Shown: piece by piece, positions 25,640 to 34,192 of the stretch
How the letters are laid out: each line of letters opens with the position of its first letter
Numbering within the stretch: position 1 is the stretch's first letter
Program-made: the position numbers and the translations under genes
IMG/VR virus record: IMGVR_UViG_2928503688_000006
Span: 5,660 to 69,659 of that record
Length of the DNA: 64,000 nt
Reading direction: 5' to 3' (one strand)
Origin: a virus
Taxonomy: Duplodnaviria > Caudoviricetes
The notes under the pieces: model-generated
What the model was told of the DNA's origin: nothing
The model's database searches: none
Seen by the model: only the letters and a program-made list of their open reading frames with translations

Positions 25640-26370
25640 CTCGCTTCCCGCGCCAGCCGGTAGGCCCGGCAAGATGTTACACGGGCGCGGGAAGCACCTT
25701 GCAGTATGGCGATTCATGACTCAGCGCCCGGCAGATAGTCGGGAAGGCGGTAAGAGTCGCTATTCTGGAGGGCGCGGTATGCCGACCGTTGCAGACCTCG
25801 GACCTGAAATCCGGCGTTGGTCGCTCTCCCCTATTTCGTACCTGACCGGATACGCCGCCAGCCAAACCGGCTGATAAACCGGCGATTCGGGCGCGAGCGG
25901 GAACGAATGTCGCTATCCAGCTAAACCGGATGCGAAAACCGGCGGAAATGTCGCCGGACAGCTTAAGTCGATTAAGCACGCTAATCGCCTCAGTGGGTGA
26001 GGCGCTTCACTCAACCAATCCAGACTGCGGCCAGAGCCGATAAATGCGCCCGCGCGGCGAACGGGTTGGGATTGGTTCAGTGAGGGCCGCAGCAGATGAA
26101 AAACCAGTAGCGTACGCCCGCCCATACCTTCGCGAAGGTCAATCGGTGACTACGTCTTAAGCTCTGCTGCCACCCTCAACGAGGAAAGCTCCGGTACGCA
26201 ATCCGGCAAGCTGGTGAGAAGCCAGCGCCTTCATGAATGGCGATTGCCGCGAAAGCGGTGCAGGCACCATCGGTGGATGACCAGCCTCAAGAACAATCGC
26301 CAGCCATGAAGGCGAAACAAGCATCGCGCGCGTCGATAGACGGCCACTGCGCCATGCGGATGCGAGAAAG
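25640..26370 (+). ncRNA. Putative structured RNA array (family unknown)
   Basis: Head-to-tail stem-closed domains with no credible co-oriented ORF; see findings. Confidence 0.5.
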
Positions 26371-26396
26371 TAGTCTTCGACCTTACTGGATGTGCC

Positions 26397-26678
26397 ATGA
26401 CTGAACGCGACTTTTGTTTCTGGCTGCAAGGTTTCGTAGAGTTGACCCAAGGCCAAACTCCGAACCCTGCGCAATGGAAGTCGATTCAGGAGCATCTCGG
26501 CGAAGTCTTCAAGAAGGTAACGCCGCCGGTCGGTGAGACCAAGATCAAGGTCCATGTCGATACAAAGGACGCTCAGGAGTCGGTCGAAAGCCTGACAGAA
26601 GCCATGAAGAAGTATTTCGAGGCGCATAAGCAAGCAACATATCCGTTCGACTGGACGCGAACCACCCTCATCTGTTAA
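26397..26678 (+). CDS. Conserved phage hypothetical protein
   Basis: MTERDFCFWLQGFVEL...QWKSIQEHL..VFKKVTP. Confidence 0.75.
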   Translation: MTERDFCFWLQGFVELTQGQTPNPAQWKSIQEHLGEVFKKVTPPVGETKIKVHVDTKDAQESVESLTEAMKKYFEAHKQATYPFDWTRTTLIC

Positions 26679-26706
26679 TTCCCCTCGTTTCCTCCACGAG
26701 ATTTGA

Positions 26707-26730
26707 AGCCGCCCCGCGCGGCTCTTTTTT
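26707..26730 (+). terminator. Rho-independent terminator
   Basis: AGCCGC-loop-GCGGCT followed by a T run. Confidence 0.65.
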
Positions 26731-26744
26731 ATTCCGGTGCCCAG

Positions 26745-27131
26745 ATGGCTCGCAAACCGAAAGCGACTCCTGGGTACTTCGAGATTCCCGTTTTCCCGAT
26801 CCCGATCTTTGGCGGGAAACTCCTTCTGTGCGTGACGCGCGAGGAATGGTCAAGCGTCGCCTACCAGTACGACAGCGACCCTGACACGGACGGCTGCAAG
26901 GGCCTCTCTATCCAGTACCGCACGCCGGAAGAGGGAAGAGTTTATTGCATCGGCGTGTTCGACGGCGCGATTGATACGTTCGTGCATGAGTTAGCGCACG
27001 CCGTGTTTCATATCCTCGGCGACGTCGGCATTCCGGTAGAAGACGGTGCCGCGAATGAGGCATTTGCCTACATCCAAGGCCATTTGATGAAGGAATCATT
27101 TCCCTCATTTCTCGCGGCAATCGCCGAATAG
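26745..27131 (+). CDS. Small HExxH (zincin-like) protein
   Basis: FVHELAHAVFH...NEAFAY. Confidence 0.65.
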   Translation: MARKPKATPGYFEIPVFPIPIFGGKLLLCVTREEWSSVAYQYDSDPDTDGCKGLSIQYRTPEEGRVYCIGVFDGAIDTFVHELAHAVFHILGDVGIPVEDGAANEAFAYIQGHLMKESFPSFLAAIAE

Positions 27132-27195
27132 CGCCACTTTTCTGGCACAAATAACCGATTCTGGCGCGCAAATCTGGCGCGATAAGGGGCCTTCT

Positions 27196-28416
27196 GTGGA
27201 AACCAACGACTTGTTGAAAGCCGTGAAGGACCACGGAAGCGTCAATGCTGCGGCAAAGGCGCTTGGAATGGCCGAAAGCACGTTGCGCGGTCGATTGCGC
27301 GGCGCGGTTCCTCTCTCCGAGAATCAGCGGAAATACCGCGAGGACTGGACGGCTGAGGACTGCATTAACGAACTGCAGCGCATCGCCAAGATTGACGAGA
27401 CGAAAGTCATATCGCGCAACTACTTCCGCGTGCATTCGGATATCTCTGAATCCACGTGGAATCGTTTCTACGGAACTTTTACTGAGTTCAAACGGCAGGC
27501 TGGAATCACCCTTTCCCGCCATGCGCACGGTCTCGAGCGGGCAATCGCCAAGCATGCCAGCAAGGACGTGCAACGCCGGATGAACGTTGAGAAGTCGGGA
27601 TGGGAAGACGCCTATCTGCGCCCCAGCTCGAAGCGCTTCCAGACTGTTCTGGTGGCGTCCGACATTCACGACATTGAGTGCGATCCATTCTGGCGCCGCT
27701 GTTTCATCGACACAGCCAAACGCGTACAGCCGGAGAAGGTAGTTATTAACGGCGACGCCCTGGATTTGCCCGAGTTCGGAAAATACGGCGTTGATCCGCG
27801 CGAGTGGGACGTGATTGGCCGCATCAAGTGGCTGCACGCCTTCCTGGATGATATTCGCGTGTCGTGCCCCGAGACGGAAATCGTCTACATCGAGGGCAAC
27901 CACGAAGCGCGCCTGATCCGCCACCTTGGCGAGGCAACGCCCGCGCTTAAGGTTGTGCTGTCCGACCTGCACGGCTTCACGGTGCCCAAACTGCTGGGCC
28001 TCGACGCCTACCAGGTGAACTACATCGCCCGGATGGATCTCGCCGCATTCAGCGAGCGGGACATGAAGCAGGAACTGGCGAAGAATTACCACGTCATGTA
28101 CGACTGTCTGATGGCGCATCACTTCCCGGAAGGGCGGAATATGGGTGTGCCAGGCTTCAATGGGCACCATCACAAGCACATCGTATGGCCGTTCTATTCG
28201 CCGCAGTTCGGCTCGAGCGAATGGCACCAGCTAGGATGCGGACACGCCCGCGCGGCGACGTACTGTGCCGGCGAGAAATGGGCGCTAGGCTTCATGCTGT
28301 GCCACGTCGATACGCAGAAGAAGCATACGCAATTCGAATACGTTGAGTTGCGAGATCACGCGATGATCGGCGGTCGGTTCTACGAGCGAAACCAATCGGA
28401 ATTGATGGGTGTCTGA
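27196..28416 (+). CDS. HTH plus calcineurin-like metallophosphoesterase
   Basis: SDIHD, NGDALD, GNHE, GHHH; N-terminal AAAKALGMAESTLRGRL HTH. Confidence 0.85.
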   Translation: METNDLLKAVKDHGSVNAAAKALGMAESTLRGRLRGAVPLSENQRKYREDWTAEDCINELQRIAKIDETKVISRNYFRVHSDISESTWNRFYGTFTEFKRQAGITLSRHAHGLERAIAKHASKDVQRRMNVEKSGWEDAYLRPSSKRFQTVLVASDIHDIECDPFWRRCFIDTAKRVQPEKVVINGDALDLPEFGKYGVDPREWDVIGRIKWLHAFLDDIRVSCPETEIVYIEGNHEARLIRHLGEATPALKVVLSDLHGFTVPKLLGLDAYQVNYIARMDLAAFSERDMKQELAKNYHVMYDCLMAHHFPEGRNMGVPGFNGHHHKHIVWPFYSPQFGSSEWHQLGCGHARAATYCAGEKWALGFMLCHVDTQKKHTQFEYVELRDHAMIGGRFYERNQSELMGV

Positions 28417-28488
28417 CGCCCTCCGGCCACAAAACCAGCGCGAACGGATGAAACGGTAGCCTTGGCGCTACAAACTACTGAGTAAAAA

Positions 28489-28839
28489 ATGGCCTTTCCG
28501 AATGCACAGAACAACCCGGCAGGCGCAATCCCCGTCTGGATTACCGCTGGACAAAGTGGCACAACGGGACCGACCAACGCTCAGGCTGGCGTAAGCACCA
28601 AAGGCACCGTCGGCACCACGTCTGCGGCAATCATCGCCGCAGGCCAGTTCACTGGCTGGGTGACTGTGCAGAATACGCACGCAAGCCAGACGCTCTACGT
28701 CTCGTTCACGGCCCCCGCGACCACGACCGATATCGCGATTCAGGCAGGCGCAGCCTTGACGCTGGCATTCGGACCTACCAATGCCCTGAATGGCATTGGC
28801 TCGGGCGCTGGGACTACGTTCGCCGCAGTGGGGTATTGA
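28489..28839 (+). CDS. Small Thr/Ala/Gly-rich beta protein, virion-like
   Basis: 116 aa; VTVQNT...LYVSF pattern. Confidence 0.6.
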   Translation: MAFPNAQNNPAGAIPVWITAGQSGTTGPTNAQAGVSTKGTVGTTSAAIIAAGQFTGWVTVQNTHASQTLYVSFTAPATTTDIAIQAGAALTLAFGPTNALNGIGSGAGTTFAAVGY

Positions 28840-29574
28840 ATGCGCAGGATCATTTTCCTTCTCGCGCTCCTGCCGTCGCTCGCCGTGGCGCAACTGTCGA
28901 TTCCCTACAATCCCGCGAACGTCAAGATTACGGGCGGCACCGCAGCCTTTACGGGAACGGTGAGCACGACTGGCAATGTGAATGTCCAGGGCAACGTCAG
29001 CTCGGCGTCCAATACGCAACCGGCCAGCCCGACGAACTCCGGTGTAGCACTCAACGCAACGCCGAACATCGCTGATGTGCAGATGTTCGACTCGACGCAG
29101 ACAGCGAATAACCGCACCGCTGAATGGATTTTTTGGAGCGGAACCGCGTCCCTACGGTTTGCGAACGATGCTCACAGCCAGGTGGCTACCCCGTTTTCCG
29201 TAACAGGAGGCCAAGCGTCTGGAATTACGGCGATCAACTCGAATAGCGGAACAGGATCGTGGACCCATACCGGCAACATGGCTGTATCGGGCACCCTCCT
29301 CGCCGGTAACGGAACCCTGAACGTCTATTCCGCAAGCGGCGTGGCTGTTACCACTCCCCATGTGGTGACTGGCACGGTGACGCTCGCGTCAGGAAATGGA
29401 ACGGCCACTTTCACCGGCAACGCCGTGTTTAGCAACACGACTTCTTACGTATGCACGGCGACGAACACCACCACGAATAGCGCCGTGCGCGCTACGAACG
29501 CATCTGCATCGTCCATCACGTTTAACTCAGGCGCCGGCACGGACGTTATCGCGTATCAGTGCGTAGGCAACTAA
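28840..29574 (+). CDS. Signal-peptide-bearing fibre-like protein
   Basis: MRRIIFLLALLPSLAVA|Q; G/T/N-rich beta repeats; C-terminal Cys pair. Confidence 0.65.
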   Translation: MRRIIFLLALLPSLAVAQLSIPYNPANVKITGGTAAFTGTVSTTGNVNVQGNVSSASNTQPASPTNSGVALNATPNIADVQMFDSTQTANNRTAEWIFWSGTASLRFANDAHSQVATPFSVTGGQASGITAINSNSGTGSWTHTGNMAVSGTLLAGNGTLNVYSASGVAVTTPHVVTGTVTLASGNGTATFTGNAVFSNTTSYVCTATNTTTNSAVRATNASASSITFNSGAGTDVIAYQCVGN

Positions 29575-29605
29575 ACGCGGATGTCGCGGCATAACGAATC
29601 TGGAG

Positions 29606-29815
29606 TTGCCTATGTACGATCCAACGAAAACGTATCCAAATACCGGCGAGCGCGGCAATTCCACCATTCAATCGGTGGAGATGGAAATAGACAAGACCGG
29701 GCTAGAACACTATCCGGGCCTAACGACCCGTTTCCGAATCACCATCAGCCCTACGTTGGCGCAGGTACGTGAGTTGATCCGGGTAATGCCGGAAGCATTC
29801 GATAGCGCGGAATAG
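29606..29815 (+). CDS. Hypothetical protein
   Basis: 69-aa ORF after GGAG. Confidence 0.45.
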   Translation: MPMYDPTKTYPNTGERGNSTIQSVEMEIDKTGLEHYPGLTTRFRITISPTLAQVRELIRVMPEAFDSAE

Positions 29816-29831
29816 GCATTCAGGGAAAGAT

Positions 29832-30026
29832 ATGGATAAGTTCGTTGATGTAACGGTGCGTATTCCAGTGCCTCCCAATGCTCCAAATGCCCAAGACATA
29901 GGGCTTGCAGTGTATGTGGCCTTTCAATTATTCAATGGCGTGGTACCAAAGCCCTTCGGAAAGAAGGTGTATTTCTTTCTTGACAAAGCTGAGGTGATAA
30001 ACATCAGCGAATCGGCAGAAGATTAG
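29832..30026 (+). CDS. AT-rich small hypothetical protein
   Basis: 64-aa ORF with GGGAAAG upstream. Confidence 0.5.
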   Translation: MDKFVDVTVRIPVPPNAPNAQDIGLAVYVAFQLFNGVVPKPFGKKVYFFLDKAEVINISESAED

Positions 30027-30088
30027 GAAATTCTTCCGGTAATTTGCGTAGGCATCCAATGAGAAGGGCCACGTGCCCATGAGTGGGT

Positions 30089-30601
30089 ATGGCACGACCT
30101 TCAAAACTAACAGATGCCCAGTGGGAATCAATCGGGAAACGCCTGCTTGCTGGTGAATCAGCCGCAGCGCTATCCCGCGAATTCGGCGTTAGCAAGGCGG
30201 CCATATCGGTACGCTTTTCGAAACGCACCGAGGCGGTAAAAACCGTTGCGAAACAGATAGTTGAGACGGAGCGAGCCCTTTCGTTTCTGAACGTTTCTGA
30301 ACAAATCGCCGCGCGTTCACTTGCCGACGATCTGAAGGCGATCAGTGAGCATCTTGCCGGCGCCGCACGTTTCAGCGCTGCTACCTCACATCGACTAGCG
30401 GGAATCGCGCACAACAAGGTAGCCCAGATAGACGACGCCATGCCATTAGACGAGACGAGCCTCGCGTCACTCAAGGGCATCGCCGTACTGACGCGCATGG
30501 CAAACGATGCCAGCGAGATCGGTTTGAACCTGCTGCGCGCAAATAAAGACTCGAATATCGATGATGGCAAGGTAATTATCCAAGGCGGATTGCCTGACTA
30601 G
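30089..30601 (+). CDS. Terminase small subunit-like HTH protein
   Basis: MARPSKLTDAQW...GES...LSREFGVSKAAIS; directly upstream of terL. Confidence 0.75.
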   Translation: MARPSKLTDAQWESIGKRLLAGESAAALSREFGVSKAAISVRFSKRTEAVKTVAKQIVETERALSFLNVSEQIAARSLADDLKAISEHLAGAARFSAATSHRLAGIAHNKVAQIDDAMPLDETSLASLKGIAVLTRMANDASEIGLNLLRANKDSNIDDGKVIIQGGLPD

Positions 30602-30648
30602 AAAAATGAAATGAAAGTCGCTGGTACGCGGCGAAGTGAAATCTACTC

Positions 30649-31926
30649 ATGCCCGTTATCCAGTTGCCGACCTTGCACAGCGGTCAGGTAGAAATCTATA
30701 AGAATCGCGCTCGCCTGAATGCGGTTCGGTGTGGTCGCCGTTGGGGCAAGACCAAACAGATGGTCACTATGGCCTGCGATGCCGCAGCCAAGGGGCGCCT
30801 GGTTGGCTTGTTCACCCCAGAGCATAAGCAGCTTGATGAGCCGTACGACGAGATTACGGACATCCTGAATCCGATCAAGAAGTCATTTGATCGATCGAAA
30901 GGGAAAGTACGGACCACAACCAGCGGCAAAGTAGACCTTTGGACGCTGAATGATAACGAGTTGGCCGGGCGCGGCCGGGAATATGACCTTGTCATGGTTG
31001 ACGAGGCTGCATTTACCAAAAATAGCCAGATGATGAAGATATGGGAGCGGTCAATCAAGCCGACCCTCCTGACTCGTCGCGGCTCGGTTTGGGTGTTCTC
31101 GACGCCAAATGGCATTGCTGAAGACAACTTCTTCTACAAAATTTGTCACGACGAAGGGTTGGGCTTCAAACAGCACCATGCCCCCACGAGCAGCAACCCA
31201 TATGTCCCCGCAGACGAACTCGAGCTGGAGCGCTTAAAAAGCCACCCGCTCGTTTTCAAACAGGAATTTCTTGCTGAGTTTATCGACTGGTCGGGCGTCG
31301 CGTTCTTCGAGCTAGACAAGCTAACCGTCGGTGGAAAGGGCGTTCCTTTTCCGGCGCAATGCGATGGCGTTTTTGCTGTTATTGACAGCGCCATGAAGGA
31401 CGGGAGCGGGAACGATGGCACGGCAGTTGTCTATTGCGCCCTTAACAAGCACGTAGGCCACCCGCTCATCATCCTAGATTGGGAAATCGTTCAGATCAAC
31501 TCGGATTTGCTGGTTACATGGTTGCCAAACGTATTCAAGCAACTTGAGTACTACGCGGAAATTACGCGCGCACGCGCTGGCTCTCTCGGCGCATTTATCG
31601 AGGACAAGGCATCTGGCATTACGCTGAATCAACACTCGGCGCGTGTTGGCTGGCCTGCTCAGGCAATCAACGGCGACATCACAAGCATTGGAAAGGATGG
31701 TCGAGCCGTCGCATGTTCAGGTTCTGTCTACCGTGGCGAAGTCAAGTTTTCTGCCAATGCCTTAGATAAGGTTACCGAATACAAGGGTCAAACGAAGAAT
31801 CATCTCGTTTCCCAGGTGGTCGGCTACCGCATTGGCGATAAGGATGCCCATAAACGCGCTGACGACTTGGCGGACGGGTTCATGTACAGCGTAATCATCG
31901 GTCTGGGTGGGCCTGATGGTTTCTAA
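30649..31926 (+). CDS. terL: Terminase large subunit
   Basis: RCGRRWGKT Walker A, VMVDEAAF Walker B, STPNG, IDSA, DDLADG. Confidence 0.95.
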   Translation: MPVIQLPTLHSGQVEIYKNRARLNAVRCGRRWGKTKQMVTMACDAAAKGRLVGLFTPEHKQLDEPYDEITDILNPIKKSFDRSKGKVRTTTSGKVDLWTLNDNELAGRGREYDLVMVDEAAFTKNSQMMKIWERSIKPTLLTRRGSVWVFSTPNGIAEDNFFYKICHDEGLGFKQHHAPTSSNPYVPADELELERLKSHPLVFKQEFLAEFIDWSGVAFFELDKLTVGGKGVPFPAQCDGVFAVIDSAMKDGSGNDGTAVVYCALNKHVGHPLIILDWEIVQINSDLLVTWLPNVFKQLEYYAEITRARAGSLGAFIEDKASGITLNQHSARVGWPAQAINGDITSIGKDGRAVACSGSVYRGEVKFSANALDKVTEYKGQTKNHLVSQVVGYRIGDKDAHKRADDLADGFMYSVIIGLGGPDGF

Positions 31927-31940
31927 CTCACGGTATCCAA

Positions 31941-33356
31941 ATGGCTGAAATCACAATCGAAGGCTCCAAGCTTTCATCGAGCCTGGTCGATCTGCTGATG
32001 GCCGATGATCTGGTGCCGGGAAGCGAGCCCGGATACCAACTGGCAAAGGTGATCTATGCTTTCCATCCCCTCGGCGGGAAGATCGTAGATCAGCCGATCC
32101 AGTTGGCGATGAGCCAGCCGCGCAAGGTATCGATCCCGAACAGCCCGGAAGAGCCGGTGCGCGATGCGTTCGAGCGCAAGTGGCGCGAAATCAATGCCGA
32201 TACTTACATCGCAAACACGGCGCGGCTTGGCAAGATTTATGGCGCATCGGCGCTCATCTGCGGCGCGAAGAACGTTGACACACAGACGCCTCTTGACCTG
32301 AAGACCATTAACAAGCAGGAGTTCTATTTCAATGCGCTTGACCCGCTCAACACGGCGGGGTCGCTCGTACTGAATCAGGATCCTAACGCGCCTGATTTCC
32401 AGAAGCCCACAATGGTGACGGCGGCCGGCACGGAATATCACCCGTCCAGAACGTGCGTATGGTTCAACGAGGCGCCGCTGTACATCGAGTACACGAATTC
32501 GGCGTTCGGCTACACAGGACGCTCGGTGTTCCAACGCGCCCTGTTCCCGCTCAAATCGTTCGTTCAGACGATGATTGCGGACGATATGGTGGCGCGCAAG
32601 GTCGGCGTACTCGTCGCCAAGATGAAGCCGGCAGGATCAATTGCTGATCGCGCGATGGCGGTTCTGCAGGGCGCCAAGCGCAATGTGGTCAAGGAAGCAC
32701 AGACCAACAACGTCATCAACATTACGCCGGAAGAAGACATTGAAACACTGAACCTTCTGAACGCGGACGGCGCATTGACGACTGCGCGCAAGAACGTTCT
32801 CGAAAACATCGCCGCAGCCGTACCGCAGCCAGCCAAGATGCTCAATTCGGAGTCGTATGCCGAGGGCTTCGGAGAAGGCACTGAGGATGCGAAGGAGATC
32901 GTTCGCTACATTGATCACGAACGGCTGAAGATGCAGCCGCTGTACGACTACTTCGACAATATTGTCATGCATCTGGCCTGGACGCCGGAGTTCTTCGAGA
33001 CGATCCAGAACACGATTCCCGAGTACAAGAACGTCACGTACGAGCAGGCGTTCTATCAGTGGAAGAATGCATTCTCTGCCGAGTGGCCTTCCCTGCTGGT
33101 CGAGCCGGAATCGAAGCTCGTTGAGGTCGAGGACGTCAAACTGAAGAGCATCATCGCGGCGATGGAAGTGCTGATGCCGCAACTGGACCCTGACAACAAG
33201 GCGCGTCTCATCGAATGGGCGGCGAACAACCTCAACGAGTCGAAGCACCTGTTCACGAATCCGCTGGTGCTCGACTATGAGGATCTGAAGAATTACGTTC
33301 CGCCCGAGCCCGCCAAGGAGCCTGAGGAGCCGGCACCGTTCAACTCGAAAACCTGA
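31941..33356 (+). CDS. Portal protein (DUF1073-like)
   Basis: Follows terL; size; KIYGASAL, HPSR motifs. Confidence 0.85.
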   Translation: MAEITIEGSKLSSSLVDLLMADDLVPGSEPGYQLAKVIYAFHPLGGKIVDQPIQLAMSQPRKVSIPNSPEEPVRDAFERKWREINADTYIANTARLGKIYGASALICGAKNVDTQTPLDLKTINKQEFYFNALDPLNTAGSLVLNQDPNAPDFQKPTMVTAAGTEYHPSRTCVWFNEAPLYIEYTNSAFGYTGRSVFQRALFPLKSFVQTMIADDMVARKVGVLVAKMKPAGSIADRAMAVLQGAKRNVVKEAQTNNVINITPEEDIETLNLLNADGALTTARKNVLENIAAAVPQPAKMLNSESYAEGFGEGTEDAKEIVRYIDHERLKMQPLYDYFDNIVMHLAWTPEFFETIQNTIPEYKNVTYEQAFYQWKNAFSAEWPSLLVEPESKLVEVEDVKLKSIIAAMEVLMPQLDPDNKARLIEWAANNLNESKHLFTNPLVLDYEDLKNYVPPEPAKEPEEPAPFNSKT

Positions 33357-34189
33357 TGGCCCAATCCTTCTACCAGTTGATCAGCGAGGCTATCCGCGAG
33401 TTCGAGGCGTTCGGCTTTGACTCGGTAGAGCGGCTGAGCTACTGGGTTGAGAAAATCAGGGGTGCGGCAATCAGCACCCTGACGCCCGAAAGCGTGTTGA
33501 ACAGCGAACTGAGCCGTGCGCTGAGCGGTATCTACAAGCGCCTGATCGATGACGGGCAAATCCTCAAATCGCATCCCGGCGTTCCGCGCTTCACGGTTGA
33601 GCGGCTGCAGCCGAAGCTTCGTACCGAACTGGACCGTCGCATGATGGTCTCGCGCAGCCTGATCAAGCTCAACCGCGAGCAGATGGTCGATAAGACCGTG
33701 CAGCGCTTCGCTGGCTGGGCTTCTTCCGTTCCGGCTGGTGGTAGCCGCGCGATTGAAACGAAGGACGTCAAGGAAAACATTCGCAAGGCGTTGACGTCGC
33801 TCCCGTTCGAGGAGCGGCGCGTTGTTGTGGATCAATCCCACAAGTTCGTCGGTTCGCTCAACGAGATTGTCGCGGTGGATGGCGGTGCGATTGCCATGCG
33901 CTGGAATTCTCAGTGGCGCAGGCGTGGCTACGGTTATCGCGTCGAACACAAGGAGCGCGACCAGAAAGTCTATCTGCTTCGAACAAGCTGGGCGAAAGAG
34001 AAGGGCTTGGTGAAGCCGGGAGACGCTGGTTACTACGACGACATCACGAAGGTCGGAGAGGAAGTCTACTGCTCGTGTTTCGCGACGTGGATCTACAACC
34101 TGCGCGACCTGCCCGACGACATGCTCACCGCTGCCGGAAAGAAATCCCTGGAAGAAGTCCGCGCCAAGATCGCCGCAATGAAGAGATAA
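33356..34189 (+). CDS. Head morphogenesis protein (gp7/Mu F-like)
   Basis: Follows portal; RVEHKERD...GEEVYCSC. Confidence 0.75.
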   Translation: MAQSFYQLISEAIREFEAFGFDSVERLSYWVEKIRGAAISTLTPESVLNSELSRALSGIYKRLIDDGQILKSHPGVPRFTVERLQPKLRTELDRRMMVSRSLIKLNREQMVDKTVQRFAGWASSVPAGGSRAIETKDVKENIRKALTSLPFEERRVVVDQSHKFVGSLNEIVAVDGGAIAMRWNSQWRRRGYGYRVEHKERDQKVYLLRTSWAKEKGLVKPGDAGYYDDITKVGEEVYCSCFATWIYNLRDLPDDMLTAAGKKSLEEVRAKIAAMKR

Positions 34190-34192
34190 ATT

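Noticed and set aside
25860-25900. Hammerhead or other self-cleaving ribozyme
   Set aside because: CTGATA is present, but the CUGANGA...GAAA core with three stems could not be assembled.
25640-26370. Canonical tRNA genes after Q
   Set aside because: No complete cloverleaf with a GTTCRA T-loop; only a partial Ser-like element.
26908-28227. 439-aa antisense ORF (also 682-1572, 35129-36067, 36796-38154, 48855-49757)
   Set aside because: Each fully shadows a well-supported gene on the other strand and has no motifs; expected from high-GC codon bias.
31941-33356. Anti-CBASS Acb1 label sometimes attached to DUF1073 proteins
   Set aside because: Position between terL and the head morphogenesis gene and its size indicate a portal; no separate phosphoesterase domain was recognised.
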